A stretch of DNA of 64,000 nucleotides from Trichoplax sp. H2 (taxonomy: Eukaryota), in the NCBI GenBank assembly GCA_003344405.1, contig NOWV01000204.1, forward strand, positions 62,001 through 126,000. Direction: 5' to 3'. Made by a program: the position numbers and the translations under genes. The notes beneath the pieces are model-generated. The model was not told the origin of the DNA. It worked only from the letters and a program-made list of their open reading frames with translations, and did not search any database. Positions 12,001 to 25,139 of the stretch are shown piece after piece. Numbering within the stretch: the stretch's first letter is position 1; every line of letters starts with the position of its first letter.

Positions 12001-15000
12001 GGCGTGTGCGGGGTTGTCGAGAATGGATGCGATGTTGATTTTTGCAAATAATGCTCACTATGGCGTCTGTCATGATAATGAACAACAATCTTCGTGAATA
12101 TTCCTAGTGACACTACCATACACATTACACAATGGAAATCAATTAAAATACCTAGTCAAGAGTGGTATTCTACAGCTTCTTAAGCCATATTGAAAAAGGG
12201 GTTGCTGGTGGATGCATGCTGACAGGTCTACACAGGGGAAAACCCATCTTCTAGAATCTGCTCAGCTCTTGCATTTGTCAACAGCATCGACAAATGCTAC
12301 TAAATGGGCGTACCGTAGTAGCAAGCATAAAGTAAGATCATAAACTACAATCATGATTAGTGCTGTGCTACAGCACATTTCTCAAGATTATCGCGATGAG
12401 ACGGACAGCAGGCATGATTAAAGGATGGTATTCGTTCTAGAGGATGTACTGTATTGTCGACAAATGGAATACAAAATTCATGTAGCCATGATAAAGTAGA
12501 ATAACATAGATAACTACAGTAGTTATCAATGCTAATATCTATAAGTGCACGCTAGTAGTTCAGTAGGCATGATTAAGGTAAACAGAATTGCTGATGCATC
12601 CATTCTTACGAGGAAGCAAAACGATCTGGATTGAGCTCGAACCATGCATTCGTCAAGAGTATCGACAAAGAAAGTACTGAATATAAACATAGAAGCGGCG
12701 GAAGCAAAGTAAAATAATGTTATTAACATGATGATTGCTCCTCTATTACTGTGGATGTCTGAAGAGGTTATGTCGATCAGACCAAGGGACTCATGTATAC
12801 TGTATATATGTATAATCAGTTTCAGTTTAATAAGAGTCTATCAGAGTCCCTGAGCAAACATGATTGATTTTGGTCCGGGTTGAAGGATGTCCGTGCATGA
12901 TTTTTCTCTTCAATGCCAATATGGTCTTAAAACGGGGGGGGGGCGGAGATAGAGCTATGGTTAATATAACAACATCGCAAAATCACCTAGGTCTAATTCT
13001 CGCTCGTTGAGTTATAATCCTTTAATCCTTAAGCTTATAGCACTGATCCATCATTGAAATTCACTGGTAAGTTGCAATCTAATTAAAGCACAGTAAAACT
13101 GAAATTTGGAAATCTCCATAACCGAATTACCATCCATCATGGCGGCCATGACGTCAAGATATCAATCATCTTAATTGAAATGAGTCATTCTACGTCATTT
13201 ATCCTATGGCTAGTCAACATCTAGCCAAGTCATCATCGCTGCCTCTTTAGTTGACTAAAAGATATTCCCTACCAGTAAATGTTCATCCTTAATACATGGC
13301 AAAGTCAATAATGATGTCATGGCAGCTATCTTGACCGCTGTGCACCTCTACTACAGGTATTTATCCTGCAATAATTTAGATATCGACAGGTACTATTGGG
13401 TGCGGCAGTTGAATAATCTCCTCCCAGTTTTAAATAAGGGATAGCCTATTCTAGCTACAATTTACCCTTTGGAGAATATTACAATCAGCCATTTACGTTC
13501 AAGTCAATAATGGTGTTGGACAGTACCACTGATCTTCACTGCTGTTGGCGAGTACATATTGATTAGGAGTACTTATACTACAATGGTCTTGATTGTATAT
13601 CCAAAAGTCCACAAGTCGCTCGTATTAACATCAACAACTTGCTGTTACTGATTTGCTAGAATGTAAATTAAATGTAGTTGAAATCGATTCCAACTAATAA
13701 ATGCATGTACCGATTGCTATACCTAATTTCATGAGTGATCGATTTATATACTTAGGTATCGTTATAGGCCTTAAACTTGATCATCCATATATGCTACCAT
13801 CAATCACCATCGACTATTATGGAGATGCTAGTATGTAAATTGAAATTAATTCCAATCCATACCAATAGGCGTACATTGGCATGTAGGGATGCAAGTATCG
13901 ATCAATATCATAAATGTAATCTAGCCAACGAATATATAGCGCAATAACAATATAGGCACCTAGGTAACTGCAATACGTTCATATTTCTACCGTCTACTTT
14001 TATGCATTATACAACACGTCGCCAAGAATAAAGCAGAACTAAATATGAATGAATGATTATGGGATCTCTTAGTAGACTACAATTTATACGATTTATTTAT
14101 AGTCAATAGGCTGAGTCCCGTGATTCAACTTTGCAATTATAGGATGATAGGACTAGATGATATTGCAAATTGTTTAGCTTACGTTGATCAATACGGTAAA
14201 CTAGTCGCTAATACTAACATCAACGACTTGCTGTTATTGGATTGATTAGAATACAAATTGAATGTAATTGAAATCCATTCCAATTAATAAAAGCATGTAC
14301 CGATTGCTATACATAATTTCATTCTATCCGGCATTAAAGCATGAGTGATAAACTTATACGCCTATATAACCTAATAGGCTTTGCTTGAACTTGATCATCA
14401 ATATTGGCTAGGACTACAAGTTGCTAATACTAACATCAATCACCATTGACTTTTATGGACATGCTAGTATGTAAATTGAAATTAGCTCCTATTCATACCA
14501 ATAGGCTAACATTGGCTTGTAGAGATATAAGCATTGATCAATATCATCAACGTGATAAATGCAATAAATCAATATTTCCACCGTCTACTTTTATGCATTA
14601 CATAACACGTCGTGAAGAATAAAGTAGATCTAAATGTAAATGAATGATTATGGAATCTCTGAATGGACTACAATTTATTTATAGTCAATAGACTGAGTCC
14701 CGTGATTCAACTTTACAATTATAGAATGATAGGACTAGATAGCATTGCAAATTGTTTAGCTTACGTTGATCAACACAGTAAATAACATCGTATTAACGCA
14801 TGGTAGATGAAAATAGATGTGATACCATTAGGGGAATTTATGGAAAGTGTTAGGGGAGAGTTAATATTTAATCTTTTCAGTTAGTTGCACAAGCAAAGGG
14901 AGGGAGATTATGTAAACTGTATTGGTTATGGACAAGGTAGTATTATTAGGTTAAATTACTTCTGCAAAACTCCAGTTGCTAAAATATTCTTAGCATCAGT

Positions 15001-18000
15001 GTATAGTGCATCAGTAGTGCAAAATAGCAGCCATTAATAAGCTAAATCAAGTTAGATATAGGGGATTGTCTAGAAGCAAAATTGATACCGGGGAATCCTA
15101 TAATTAAAAGTGCATATCTACAATAAACATCTCCTAACTTAACGATTAAATCCTTCGATAAGATAGGAAGGGCATTTTATGCCAATCTTATACTATAATA
15201 GGTCGTAAAATTGAAAGTAAAGGATAAACAACCAGGCCAGTTGTTGTGAGTTTATAAAACAAGCCACTTTGCTATACTCTAGTACTGTACTTTACCTGAA
15301 TAATTAAGCTGGCAACAATCTTAGCTTTGATATGTTCTAATAATTCTACCATTTTCTTCCAGTGATCATTCATTTCATCTAGACGTTGCTGGAAGTGATC
15401 AAGGAAACCTTCGCCAAAATTCTCTTTCAACTGTGCTAATAGGCGTTCAAGCGAAGAACGGCGAGATTCGTTCGCTTTTACATCGTTAGAATATTCCTAT
15501 AATGAATTATATGATAAATTGTTAGCAAAAAAAAGAAAACTATGGTTCTATTTTGAGTAAAAATTGGTTCTATGCCCACGGCTGTTATATATAAATTACA
15601 ATGGTATAATTATTGCCAAGTTCTAGGTTAAGGTATAATTTATCAAGGAGAACTATTCCATCTACTTGGTTATAGGGCACTTGCAATAGCATAAATAAAT
15701 TATACTGATGGAAATATTTGGTAGCTATGAACAAACTTATGTTCTAATATCTGGACAAAATTTTTTTGCGTCTAAGAATATTCTGTATAAATTTTGGTAC
15801 AATTGTGACAAAATATTAGATATAGATAGTCAATATTTTTCTAAATTGCTATATGAATAATAAGTCTTACAGTATATGCATAGAAGTGATCCTGCATCTA
15901 TGACTAGCTAATCTAAATTAGTGTTACATAATTATTTCAAAATACTAAATTACGGTATAGAATATTGACGAGAAATATTTTTCTATATTGCTATAGGTCA
16001 CAAGCAATAATACGTATAAATCAGGCTGATAAATTATTGTAACAAAATATGGACTTATTCCATTTAAAATTTAAGTAAAATACTCCTACGTCCGCGACTA
16101 TGCCATAGAAATTGCAAAGGTACAATTATTACAAAATATTAAACTATGGTATAAATTATCGCTAATAATTATTCTATCTGAATTGCTACAGCCGCTAGAG
16201 ATCTATTTTAGAAATTTAAGCTATTAAGAGCTATTAGAACTATAATATTGTCCGTATATTATATCAGCAAATTCTAACTACTTAATAGGCTCGATTAACT
16301 ACCCGCAATTGCTTTTCTTTATCGTCGGTATCTTGCAATACTTCTTGCGGCTCAATATCCGCATAAAATTCTTCAATTTTAGGTAATAATCCTGTTACCC
16401 ATAAATTAAATGCTTCATATTCAGTATCGAATGATTCAATTCTATTGCGGCTTTTATCAATCATAGCTTTTTGTCGAGCAGCTTTAATCTTGAGACTGTC
16501 GAATTGTCGAACAAGTTGATCTAAGCCTGGTTTAACACGTTTAGCTGCAAGATTGTCAGATGCCTTTAATTCTTGATAGTCTTTCTTCAGCGTAGTTATA
16601 CGCTGGCGGCATTTATGAATTTGCGTCTGGAATAACTGTACAGAAATTATATCAAGATTAGAATAACTTCAGAGATACATAATGAATAAAAATTTACAAA
16701 AGATTCTACATTCTTAAGACGTTAGAATTATATCATTCTACGCATCTTAAGGGAAATATGGACAGTATTGCTCACCAAAACGCCTTCAGCCCGAGCCTTG
16801 AAAGAATCAGCGTCATCAAGGATAGCTTGATCATCTTGTTGGATTAATTTTTGATGGCTATTTTCAAGCCATTGCTTAATGGATTCAATATCTTGAGCAA
16901 GTCCAGCTTCGTTATCTAAATCCGGGGATGATTGTGATTCCCGTTTACGTTCTTGAATAAAAGCAAAGTAACCCTGAAGATCGTTTTCTAACGAGTTTAT
17001 ATGCTCTTCTAAATCATTTCCGCTGTCATCAGACTCTTCTTCAACTAGGACAAGCGTATCGATAAAGGTCTTGAATTCTCCTTGCAATTGTGCACCTTTA
17101 CGCTAAATGATTAATTAAAATTGACTTCTATTAGATCTACAGAGATAGCATGCAATATCTACCATCAATCTAAACGATCAATCAAAATTGTACTACACTA
17201 CAATCCAAAAGACAGTATGCAGAGTCTATCTTTAAGCTAAACAATCAATTAGAAGCTGCAATGTATTAAATGTATGGAGACATCAGGTATTCCGCTACGA
17301 GTTGCTTAATACCCTAGTTAAAGTAACTTTACTATTTATAACTCAATCTTACTTCAAATTCTTCCAATAATTTGCTATTGGTTGTCGGATCATTGTTCTT
17401 ATTGGTGTCTTCCTGAACTGAAGAACGTAATTCTTGCAACTTTTTGGTAAACTGTTTAATTTGTTCCATTTGCTGGGTGTTAAGTGTTTTATGTAATCTA
17501 GAAACGATATATTAAATTGATAAACTCTCAAAATGAAATTTTAGTAGCATCAACAGATATTAATTGATATAGAAGCTGATTAATTACAATAGCTGAACAT
17601 CTTGCGATTGCTTCCGTAAATCTTCCCAACGTTTAGACATTTGCGAAATGTAGCTAACAAATTTATCTGAAAGAGTAGGTGCTAATTCGGTAGAAAGTAG
17701 CTCTTGGCCCTGCTGTAATAGAAAGCCAATATTGGCTTGGCGACTGGTTATGTCGATCATGAATTTCTGTAGAGCAAGAATTACTTGTTAGCCGATTTCT
17801 TGCATACTTAGAAGCGATGTTAGAAATTTTTAAATTATATCTTTCTTTTGCAATACTAGATCTTTACTACAGCTAAAAATACATAAAATGATTGTCATTT
17901 TTAGTATCGATCAATATCTCCCAAAAGCATAGATTGAACTGCCTATAGGCATCTTTGTGCATTCCTTTTAAGTTACAAATATAATGAAATACTTATGGTA

Positions 18001-21000
18001 AAAAATCTTCTTTGGCTAGGAAAAGATACTTTTTGAATCTACAGAATCCAATTAAAAACTTGGCCGTCGATCATTATCAGATGATCTATGTATCAATGTT
18101 TTGAGGTACTTAAGGTATTTAATATATCTACATTATTAGCGATATTCTCGCTGGTTAAAGTAAATTGGATATTGCATAGATGTAAGCCATTCATTATCAC
18201 TAACTACTTTTCTACAGTATCTTATCCAACAGATTTGTCTAGTGCCTAAGTATACCTCAAAGGAATGAAATTGAGTTATAGTAGTCTTTAATTCGTTGCC
18301 CATTTCAATCCCATTTAGCGTTTTTTCAGCATTTGATAGCCAATTCAAGACATGACGTAGTTTCTGTTCATATTCTTGAACATTAATTTTGTCCTCGACA
18401 ATATCATCATCTGAATCTCCTTGATTGCCGTCATCAGACGAATCGCTATCTGGATCTATAGGATTTACATGCCATTAAGTATCAGTCGATCAAAATATTA
18501 TCCCACTCAATCGTTCTAAACTTTAGGCTCTAATTTTACCAGAAAAAAATCACTTTTAATAATTTTACAACTCCAACCTCGAATACTCTCACGCTTCTTT
18601 TTTAATTCCAGTTCTTCTTTTCGTTCCTATTCGAAATGATCATAGATAATCCATCTATTAAACTAATTTTGTTAAATGGGATATTGAAATGCACGATATA
18701 TTATATCTAGGAGAAGTAATTAGTTGCCATTTAGGTATACAATTATATAGAAATTATATCTAATTTGCTAAGGCAATCTACTAGGTCATTCTTTGAAAAT
18801 ATATCAACATTACTGATGATTTTAGTAGGACAATTTGACTAGGCTTGGATTTGTGATATTCGTCTAAGAGGTAGGAGAAAATTATTTTCCAGGATCAAAT
18901 AGATACTCACTTTATACGATGGCAATTTGGATAAAAATACCAAGATATACAATATCATGGCCTTTCCATCAATATTTTGTGAATCAGCTTCTAAAACGAA
19001 GATTAAGATAAAAGGATTAAGTTACTTTTAGGCCGAAAACATTGACTTCCTAGTTAAGTATGCAGAACTGATTATATGAGAGAGTAACTTCTTGTAGGAA
19101 TATTTCGATTTCATTGTTTAGTTTACTTTTAATAGGAAATTTTTAAGAGAAACAACTGCAGATTAATATTAGTATCAGCAAGCTTGCCTATACCATTAGC
19201 CTCTAATAGCTTAGCAATCCCAAAATTTTCTTTTGCTAGATCAAAAATTAACTCGAAACGATCTTGTATTTTTTGCGACATGACAAATTGAACGTCCAAT
19301 AGATCCGGTCTAGGCGTAATAGTAAAAAAATGTGGACTTTAGTAGCTATTAGATAGTTAAATAATTTTCTAGAGTTAATAGCAGACAATCTTCTAGTGTT
19401 TATTGATAGGATATACTAATAATGAAGATTTAGAATCTTGGCATAAATATATGACATTACTATAGATGTCTTAAACCAACCTATAAAAGTGTATAATAGC
19501 TGAAAATGCATGTCCATCAGTCCAGCATTGACCGAAATTAGTTATATCCAGATTTTCGTACCTGAAAATAGCGATTCAATACGTTAATATTGTATGATTC
19601 TGACTAGATAATTAATTACGATAAAATAAATGATTTTAATTGCAAGTTTAAATTTGAACTTTGATTATATTTGGTCATAAAGAGATTTTACTTAACCATA
19701 AAATAGTGATATAAGTATTAAAAAATCATAAAAGAACTTTAAAATCGTAAGGCGGTTCTAAAAGATTTCACTGATGTTGTAAAAGCTCCATTTAAATTGG
19801 CTTACTCTTGGGCAATTTGCTGGAACCACGAAAGAATTTTACCCTTAACGCTGGATGATGCGTCTGGTACTTCTTTAATTTTATCCTCTATCTTTAGTAG
19901 CTACATATTGGAACGATTTAGCATGATTATTTGATAATCGAGTAAAATAGAATATGGAATGAATGAAATGATCATATACATAGCAGCACTAGAAATGAAT
20001 TTGGACAATCCATCTTTAAGTAAAATTTTTACCTGATAATGCTCAGCAATATTCCATACCAATTGCAGAATTTTACGTTCTTCGCCATTAACTATTGCAT
20101 CACTATTAATACTTCGAGTATTAATCTAGAAAAGTAACAATCAATTTAATCCTACCATTAGAATAAATCAATGGCATAGTCTTAATCCCTCTATATTGAT
20201 ATATGCAAGCTATGTCTGTAATGGTACTCAAAACAGATTATTCAATCTTACCTGATTATTCTTGCAAAATTTTAAAATTTCATTGACATTTTGTATGCGT
20301 TCGAATCGCTTTCGACCTCGAATACTTTTCTAATTATCAGAATGGATGCAATTAGGACTAATCAGTTTGAGATAGTATTGTTTAAACTCTTAGTATATTT
20401 GAATTAGAAGGAAAAGGAAAATAAAATCAGGTTTTCGAGATCGAAAATATTTATTGATAGGAATACACTAATGTCGATATAAATGAGGCAGTATTGAATG
20501 TATCGCAATTTTTAATAAATCTTGTATATGCATTAAAACTGATAAACTATAAATTAAGACCAGACTAATTTGAGGTAATATCGGCTATGCTGTAATTTTA
20601 CTTTATACTGAAAGAATTAAAAGGGAATCTAAACCAAACTTAAAATGAAGTTCGATAAATTCCAATTTCATAGTTATTGCTACTATGCGGTCATCATTTG
20701 TGTACTAGACTTTGGTCTTATTCATTTTATTATTTGTACATTGGCTAGAGTGGCCCAAATTAGCTGTTTACATGCAGCATGATCAATCTTGATGACTATT
20801 TCTCGTACGTATAGCTGTAAAGAGTTTTGTCAAACTTACCAAAGTTTGTCCGCTTAATTTCTGAAGGATAGCAATCAGTTTATTTCCACTTTTTAATTCA
20901 GTATTGAAATCATTAATAGGTTTCTGATTTGGTATCTATCGAAAGTCAAATTCATTACATTATTTTGAAACCGATCCATTTTTAGTTACGCAATATATTG

Positions 21001-24000
21001 TTAGTGAATCAATGATGAGTAAGATATCTAAACCTACCAAAAATTCTTTAAAATGAAAATTATTAGCAGTGATGAGGTTAAAAGTTCACAGATTCACTTA
21101 CGGTGATAAGAATTGAGTTAATCCATCGTAGACAGGCCTTCTTTTGGATAGTCAAATTAGTTGGAAGTGCATCTATGATATAAAATATAAACATATAGAT
21201 TATTTATATCATTTTCGTACAAAGTTTGTATACAAGTAAATGTGAAATCAGCTAAGGTGAAATTTGAAGTTCTACAGCTGATATAAATAGGAATTGGGCT
21301 GATTAATAAAAGTGATAGATGTGTTAGATTTTAGCATTATGGGCGTAAGTCCAATACAAAACTAAACTTTTCCTTCCAAGCGTTGATAATAGTTTCAGAA
21401 AAATGTCGGCTTAATCGGTGTGTGGCGACGTTACTAGTTTTGATAAACAGCTATCAAACTTGTTTCAATAAATTAGGAATATCCTGATTGACTACGATTT
21501 AATTCTATCCTTTATGGTGATTCTATATTATACATACTCATATCATCATTGAGAATCTATTGGATAGTCTTTACAGCGACTAACTTGAACTGAGTAAAAT
21601 GATGATAAAGTCCATTTATTTATTATGAGTAGATGATCATCACAGCTATACTGCTATGAGCATAAATTCTATTTATTATTAAATCAACTTTATTCAACAA
21701 GAAGAAACTAAATTATATCAAGTATATTCTATAACATGTAAATTATGGTTAATCGCATTGATGTAAATGAGGTCATCATGAAGGTTTGTTTTATTTGTTG
21801 AGAAGTGTTTAACTGACATAAATACTCATAGATTGATAGATCAGACAAGCCTAGCTCCAAAATGCTGTATGATTTGTAATTATGTTGTAGTTCTAGTATA
21901 TATCTGCTTTAATCAACAGAAAGCAGCTTACACACACTAGCTTTCAAGCTGTAATGAATAGGAAATGGCCAGCTTAAGTATACCGTATAAATATGCATAT
22001 TGCTATATGATTATCAGCAAGTAGTAATTATGATGTAAGTCCGTATTCATTTAGCAAAAAGGATGTATATTAGATTGAGCTTTCTAGCATGATAAATAGA
22101 ATATGAATATAAAAGGTACCGGTACGTTTGAATTATGCTCCAATTGATTATACTATTCGATTTTAAGCTACACTCATGATAAAGCATTGCATTATTTTAA
22201 TAAGAAAGATCTAAATTAGCTTGAAATCTATGCTAAGATAGCTAGAATATGAATATAAACCATAATCGCTAATTACAAAGGTCGATATTAATTTAGTAAG
22301 AAGGATATAAATTAGAAGGAATATTGTACAGTAATATATACGATAAGATTATTAACTAATGGATATAAATTGTTTCAAAACTGAGTACTATAATAAATGA
22401 TCATAAACTACAGTCATGATGAGAGTTTGCATTATTGCAAGAAAAAGGATGCAAAGCAGGTAGTATTATCAATGAAAGGTACACATATATGTAGCTACAA
22501 ACTGTGATCATAGAAGATCCGTATTACTTAACAATAAGAATTCAAATTAAGAAAAAGCGGTATACCATGATTACTAAGATACAGTTGTCAATTAAAGGGA
22601 CAGATTGCTGCAGGATACCATATTATATGATTATAAGCTATAAATATGAAGGTCCTTAAATATTTAACAAGACTCAGATCGAACCTTCAATCTTAATAAA
22701 TAAGATATGATTAAAACTGAAAGATATATGATCACATATATTGCTTCCATATACAGCACAAAACGATCGCCACAAAGATCCTTAACATTTTAACAAGAAT
22801 TAATAAAATACTGTATCTAAAAAAATAATATCGATTATAAGTTAAAAATTATATTGGTCCAATTAAGCTAATCATGATAAAGGCCTGTACTGATTGACAA
22901 AGTGGACGTAAATTAATTTAAACGTTATATCGCGATAATTTAAGATAAAATTATAGACTAAGGATATGATGCACAGTTATATTTTTATATATAAAGCGAA
23001 ACTATCCCGTTATTGACTTGGATCAACGGGATTAAATTATATCCTGGTCTCATAACTACCATTTATTGAACGTTCTTGATTGAACAAGGAAGAAAGCATA
23101 CTATGCTATCGACTAGATGTACTATTGAGGATTATTACATTCTCCTCTATTTTTTGGCTTGCTTATTGTATTACAACACAGCTAGATATCATCCTTAGGT
23201 GCCTATTCGATACATGTTTCTGAATTAATTTTAATACTGTACTTTTATACCCCTGAATTATGTTAGTAATAACTGTCAACATTTTAATTTACTTATTCTA
23301 ATTAGCTATTGATTCATTTTTGTATGATACTATTCGTCATGTCTAGGATCTAGATTGTATTTGTAGCGGATGGAATTCCCTTAATGTTTTGCTTATTGTT
23401 TTCTTTTAATTAGTGACAGTAGGGAAGGACGATCGAGTGTCTAGACAGTCTTAATCATGGAATTAATTGGTTTTAAAGACTTATTTTGTTTTCAATTTTA
23501 TTTAAAAGCAGGTAGATAAAATAAACACAAGCTTTCAAGAGTCTGCACAAGTCAATAAAAACCTTTCATCAGGATAATTTGAGAAAGCGCTAAAAAAATG
23601 GTAGAGTGTGGACGTGAATGATAGTTTCAGATGTAATTTTATATATATTCAAACTTATTCAAATGTTTTGCGTTGTAACATCAATTACTAGGGCGTCGTT
23701 GGATATTGTAGAACTATTCTAAAGTTATTTTAAATCTATTTAAAGGAAAATCCTTTATATCATGTAGGATTATACCAGGATGTTTTATTCTAGTTGCATA
23801 AAAAATTAAGTCCGATATATTTTAAAGACTTTCGAACTTGATTTAATAAGTAAAATAAAATGATTGTAGGCATTCATTACAAGGAAAATTCTATATCAGT
23901 TTGTTGAACCGATGCTAGGATATCTACTACATGGTAGAAATTAAGTCAATGAAGCAATTTTAATAGTATTGTAGGTAGATTTTATCAGAATGCAAAATGA

Positions 24001-25139
24001 TGCAAGTTATTGCTCTAAATGATCATTCTGGTACATCAATCTTTTGAATAAAGTATCAGAATATTGCAAAGGAATCGAGAAAATAAATTCATTCTAAAAA
24101 GATTCACGTTTGAGCAGTATAACTAGGCATTTCTGCTAAGGAAATTTGACATTGATTTATTGAGTGAGTTCAACTATATCTACTATAGCGATCGAATAAA
24201 TGAACTAATTTGGAAGCTATGCTTATCAGATTGAATTACTACTGCAAAATAAGGCTACGTATTGCTCACAAGGGAAATTCTACATCGGTCTAGAAATAAA
24301 TACAAACACATCCACTGCTACATGGGGACCCGGTGCATATGCTAATTGTAAAGTAGTCCAAGGTAGATTTGATTAACATTGCAAAATGTGAGTATAATTT
24401 TCTCATAAGAAGATATCTATATCGAATTAGGAAATAAGGAGTAGTCTATTTACCATCACTATAAAATTAATGAGCTAAATTTTAAGTGGATAGAAGCAGA
24501 TGCAATAGAGATCGATAGAACGAAGTTATCATAATTTCTAACCTATCAAGAAACTAAATCTAAAAGCGAATGAGGCGGACTTGATCTGCTTAGCAAAATG
24601 GAACTTAAAATTTTAAACTAAATTTTAAGGTGATCAAGGCGGATTTGATCAATCTAGCAAAATGAATCTTAAAATTATTTACGAAGGAAATTCTATTTCG
24701 ATCAATGAAATTAAATGCAAGGATACCCATGATAGGGATCGACAGGATGAAGTAATCTAGTATCTAGTCTATTATGAAACTTAAGTGAAGGATAATTTTG
24801 CCTTGCTATAAGTCATAATCTTGAGACCTGATGAAGATTCATTAGATTGAAAGCTCTAAATCATTGTAATTTTATATGTGATCTTGATACGATAGTAAGC
24901 AATCAATAAAATAAAATTGCGGATGCATAAAATTAAATTCAATTCTTTAAATGAAGATTTAAAACCTTTCAATGATATTATAGTTGGAATCAAGCTGTTG
25001 GTGAGTAGAGTATTTAAGCTGCTTATTTTATCGATGGTTAAAGCATATTTTATCAGAGTAAGCTCAGACTACTACGGCATATCTTACCTTTTGCGCTATC
25101 CCATTGGATCTGCTGAGATGATGATGCTGAGGATGCCAT
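1..25139 (-). CDS. DMD: Dystrophin/utrophin-like protein, 5' part (tandem CH actin-binding domain plus spectrin-repeat rod); gene continues beyond the left edge
   Basis: Phase-consistent GT-AG exons: 25088-25139 (MASSASSSQQIQWDSAK, putative first coding exon), 21102-21172 (IQKKACLRWINSIL), 20840-20935 (INDFNTELKSGNKLIAILQKLSGQTL), 20252-20329, 20033-20125 (INSDAIVNGEERKILQLVWNIAEHYQ), 19806-19900 (KILSWFQ), 19481-19561 (ITNFGQCWTDGHAFSAIIHFYR), 19194-19309 (PDLLD..FGIAKLLE), 18911-18990, 18593-18626, 18256-18455 (VLNWLSNAEKTL..QFHSFE), 17588-17766 (KFMIDITSRQANIGFLLQQGQELL), 17353-17497, 16776-17102, 16303-16635, 15296-15496, 10888-11010, 7689-7979, 7267-7575, 6868-7173, 6422-6751, 5950-6243, 5535-5831, 5099-5395, 4705-4930, 1-183. 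CH motifs and repeats 1-2 resemble human dystrophin as recalled. Symbol is a family-level call. Confidence 0.9.
480..860 (-). pseudogene. MFSD1-like MFS transporter relic (fragment) in dystrophin intron 184-4704
   Basis: Minus-strand fragments in the expected order: RISSTIDVVPTAIFSLIICL (~780-836, cf. RIGSTV), KLP/SYWKL with a frameshift (~615-640), QIASSCCLAIYMI (~488-526, cf. QAASAINSVVYVI). Confidence 0.35.
1340..3550 (-). pseudogene. MFSD1-like MFS transporter relic in dystrophin intron 184-4704
   Basis: AG/GT-bounded open segment 1822-2014 encodes NAIPTAWIPQLCLHIDDNCIGKAYGLAMT, with the same P-x11-G-x-AYG spacing as MFSD1 WPMVAFVVPEHQLGTAYG. Hydrophobic terminal helix FILFFIVLSIMARLLTFFDLFRNLG at ~1345-1430. 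HFD..LRDYL at ~3470-3520. Other pieces carry stops or frameshifts. Confidence 0.45.
8100..9950 (-). pseudogene. MFSD1-like MFS transporter relic in dystrophin intron 7980-10887
   Basis: Collinear fragments: SLTFG..MHFD..VKDALMQ (~9750-9830), GDPIIIGVQT (~9445-9475, cf. GESLAVAQNT), SMNRAESWLIN (~9355-9386, cf. SMARIGSTVN), AYVANCPSYL (~8865-8897), MLYIGSSIP..DWG (~8525-8575), HYATFAFGTFGVLEAAGRNVRVTLQGKITLFQDFY* (8167-8274; glycines align ungapped with HQLGTAYGFMQSIQNLGLAIISIIAGMILDSRGY). Stops and frameshifts present. Confidence 0.55.
11040..12740 (-). pseudogene. MFSD1-like MFS transporter relic in dystrophin intron 11011-15295
   Basis: LFYFASAASMFIFSTFFVDTLD (ORF 12532-12729; MFS helix ending in a VD motif), LLYACYYGTPI**...EDGFSP (~12235-12340, cf. 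ICVCYYVAVFPF..KFGFSS), VIKVIVYVLLLARP (~11285-11330). Interrupted by a tandem array at 11499-12080. Confidence 0.5.
11499..12080. repeat. Tandem repeat, ~3.1 copies of a 178-192 bp unit
   Basis: GCTCATCATGG(C/T)GTC-type anchor at 11499, 11677, 11869 and 12053. High identity between units. Explains the overlapping ORFs at 11575-12125. Confidence 0.95.
13615..14797. repeat. Direct tandem duplication, two copies of a ~590 bp unit
   Basis: Units start GTCGCT..ATTAACATCAAC at 13615 and 14204. Long shared blocks such as GCATGTACCGATTGCTATAC, CCGTCTACTTTTATGCATTA and CTGAGTCCCGTGATTCAACTTT occur in both. Confidence 0.95.
21960..22990. repeat. Degenerate tandem array, unit roughly 90-120 bp
   Basis: Recurrent GATTATAAGCTA / TCATGATAAAG / CCGTATT / GGATATAAATTAG-like blocks. 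Confidence 0.6.
23750..24780. repeat. Degenerate tandem array
   Basis: Recurrent AGGAAATTCTATATC and GGTAGATTTGAT / GGCGGATTTGATC-like blocks. Confidence 0.5.

Noticed and set aside
11575..12125. Overlapping ORFs on both strands
   Set aside because: Products of the tandem repeat; unit lengths do not preserve frame.
12785..12851. Short inverted repeat AGGGACTC...GAGTCCCT
   Set aside because: Only 8 bp perfect arms and no TSD; too weak to call a MITE.
13595..13625. Minus-strand SDLWTFG resembling the kinase SDVWSFG motif
   Set aside because: Isolated, sits at the duplication junction, and no other kinase motifs are nearby.
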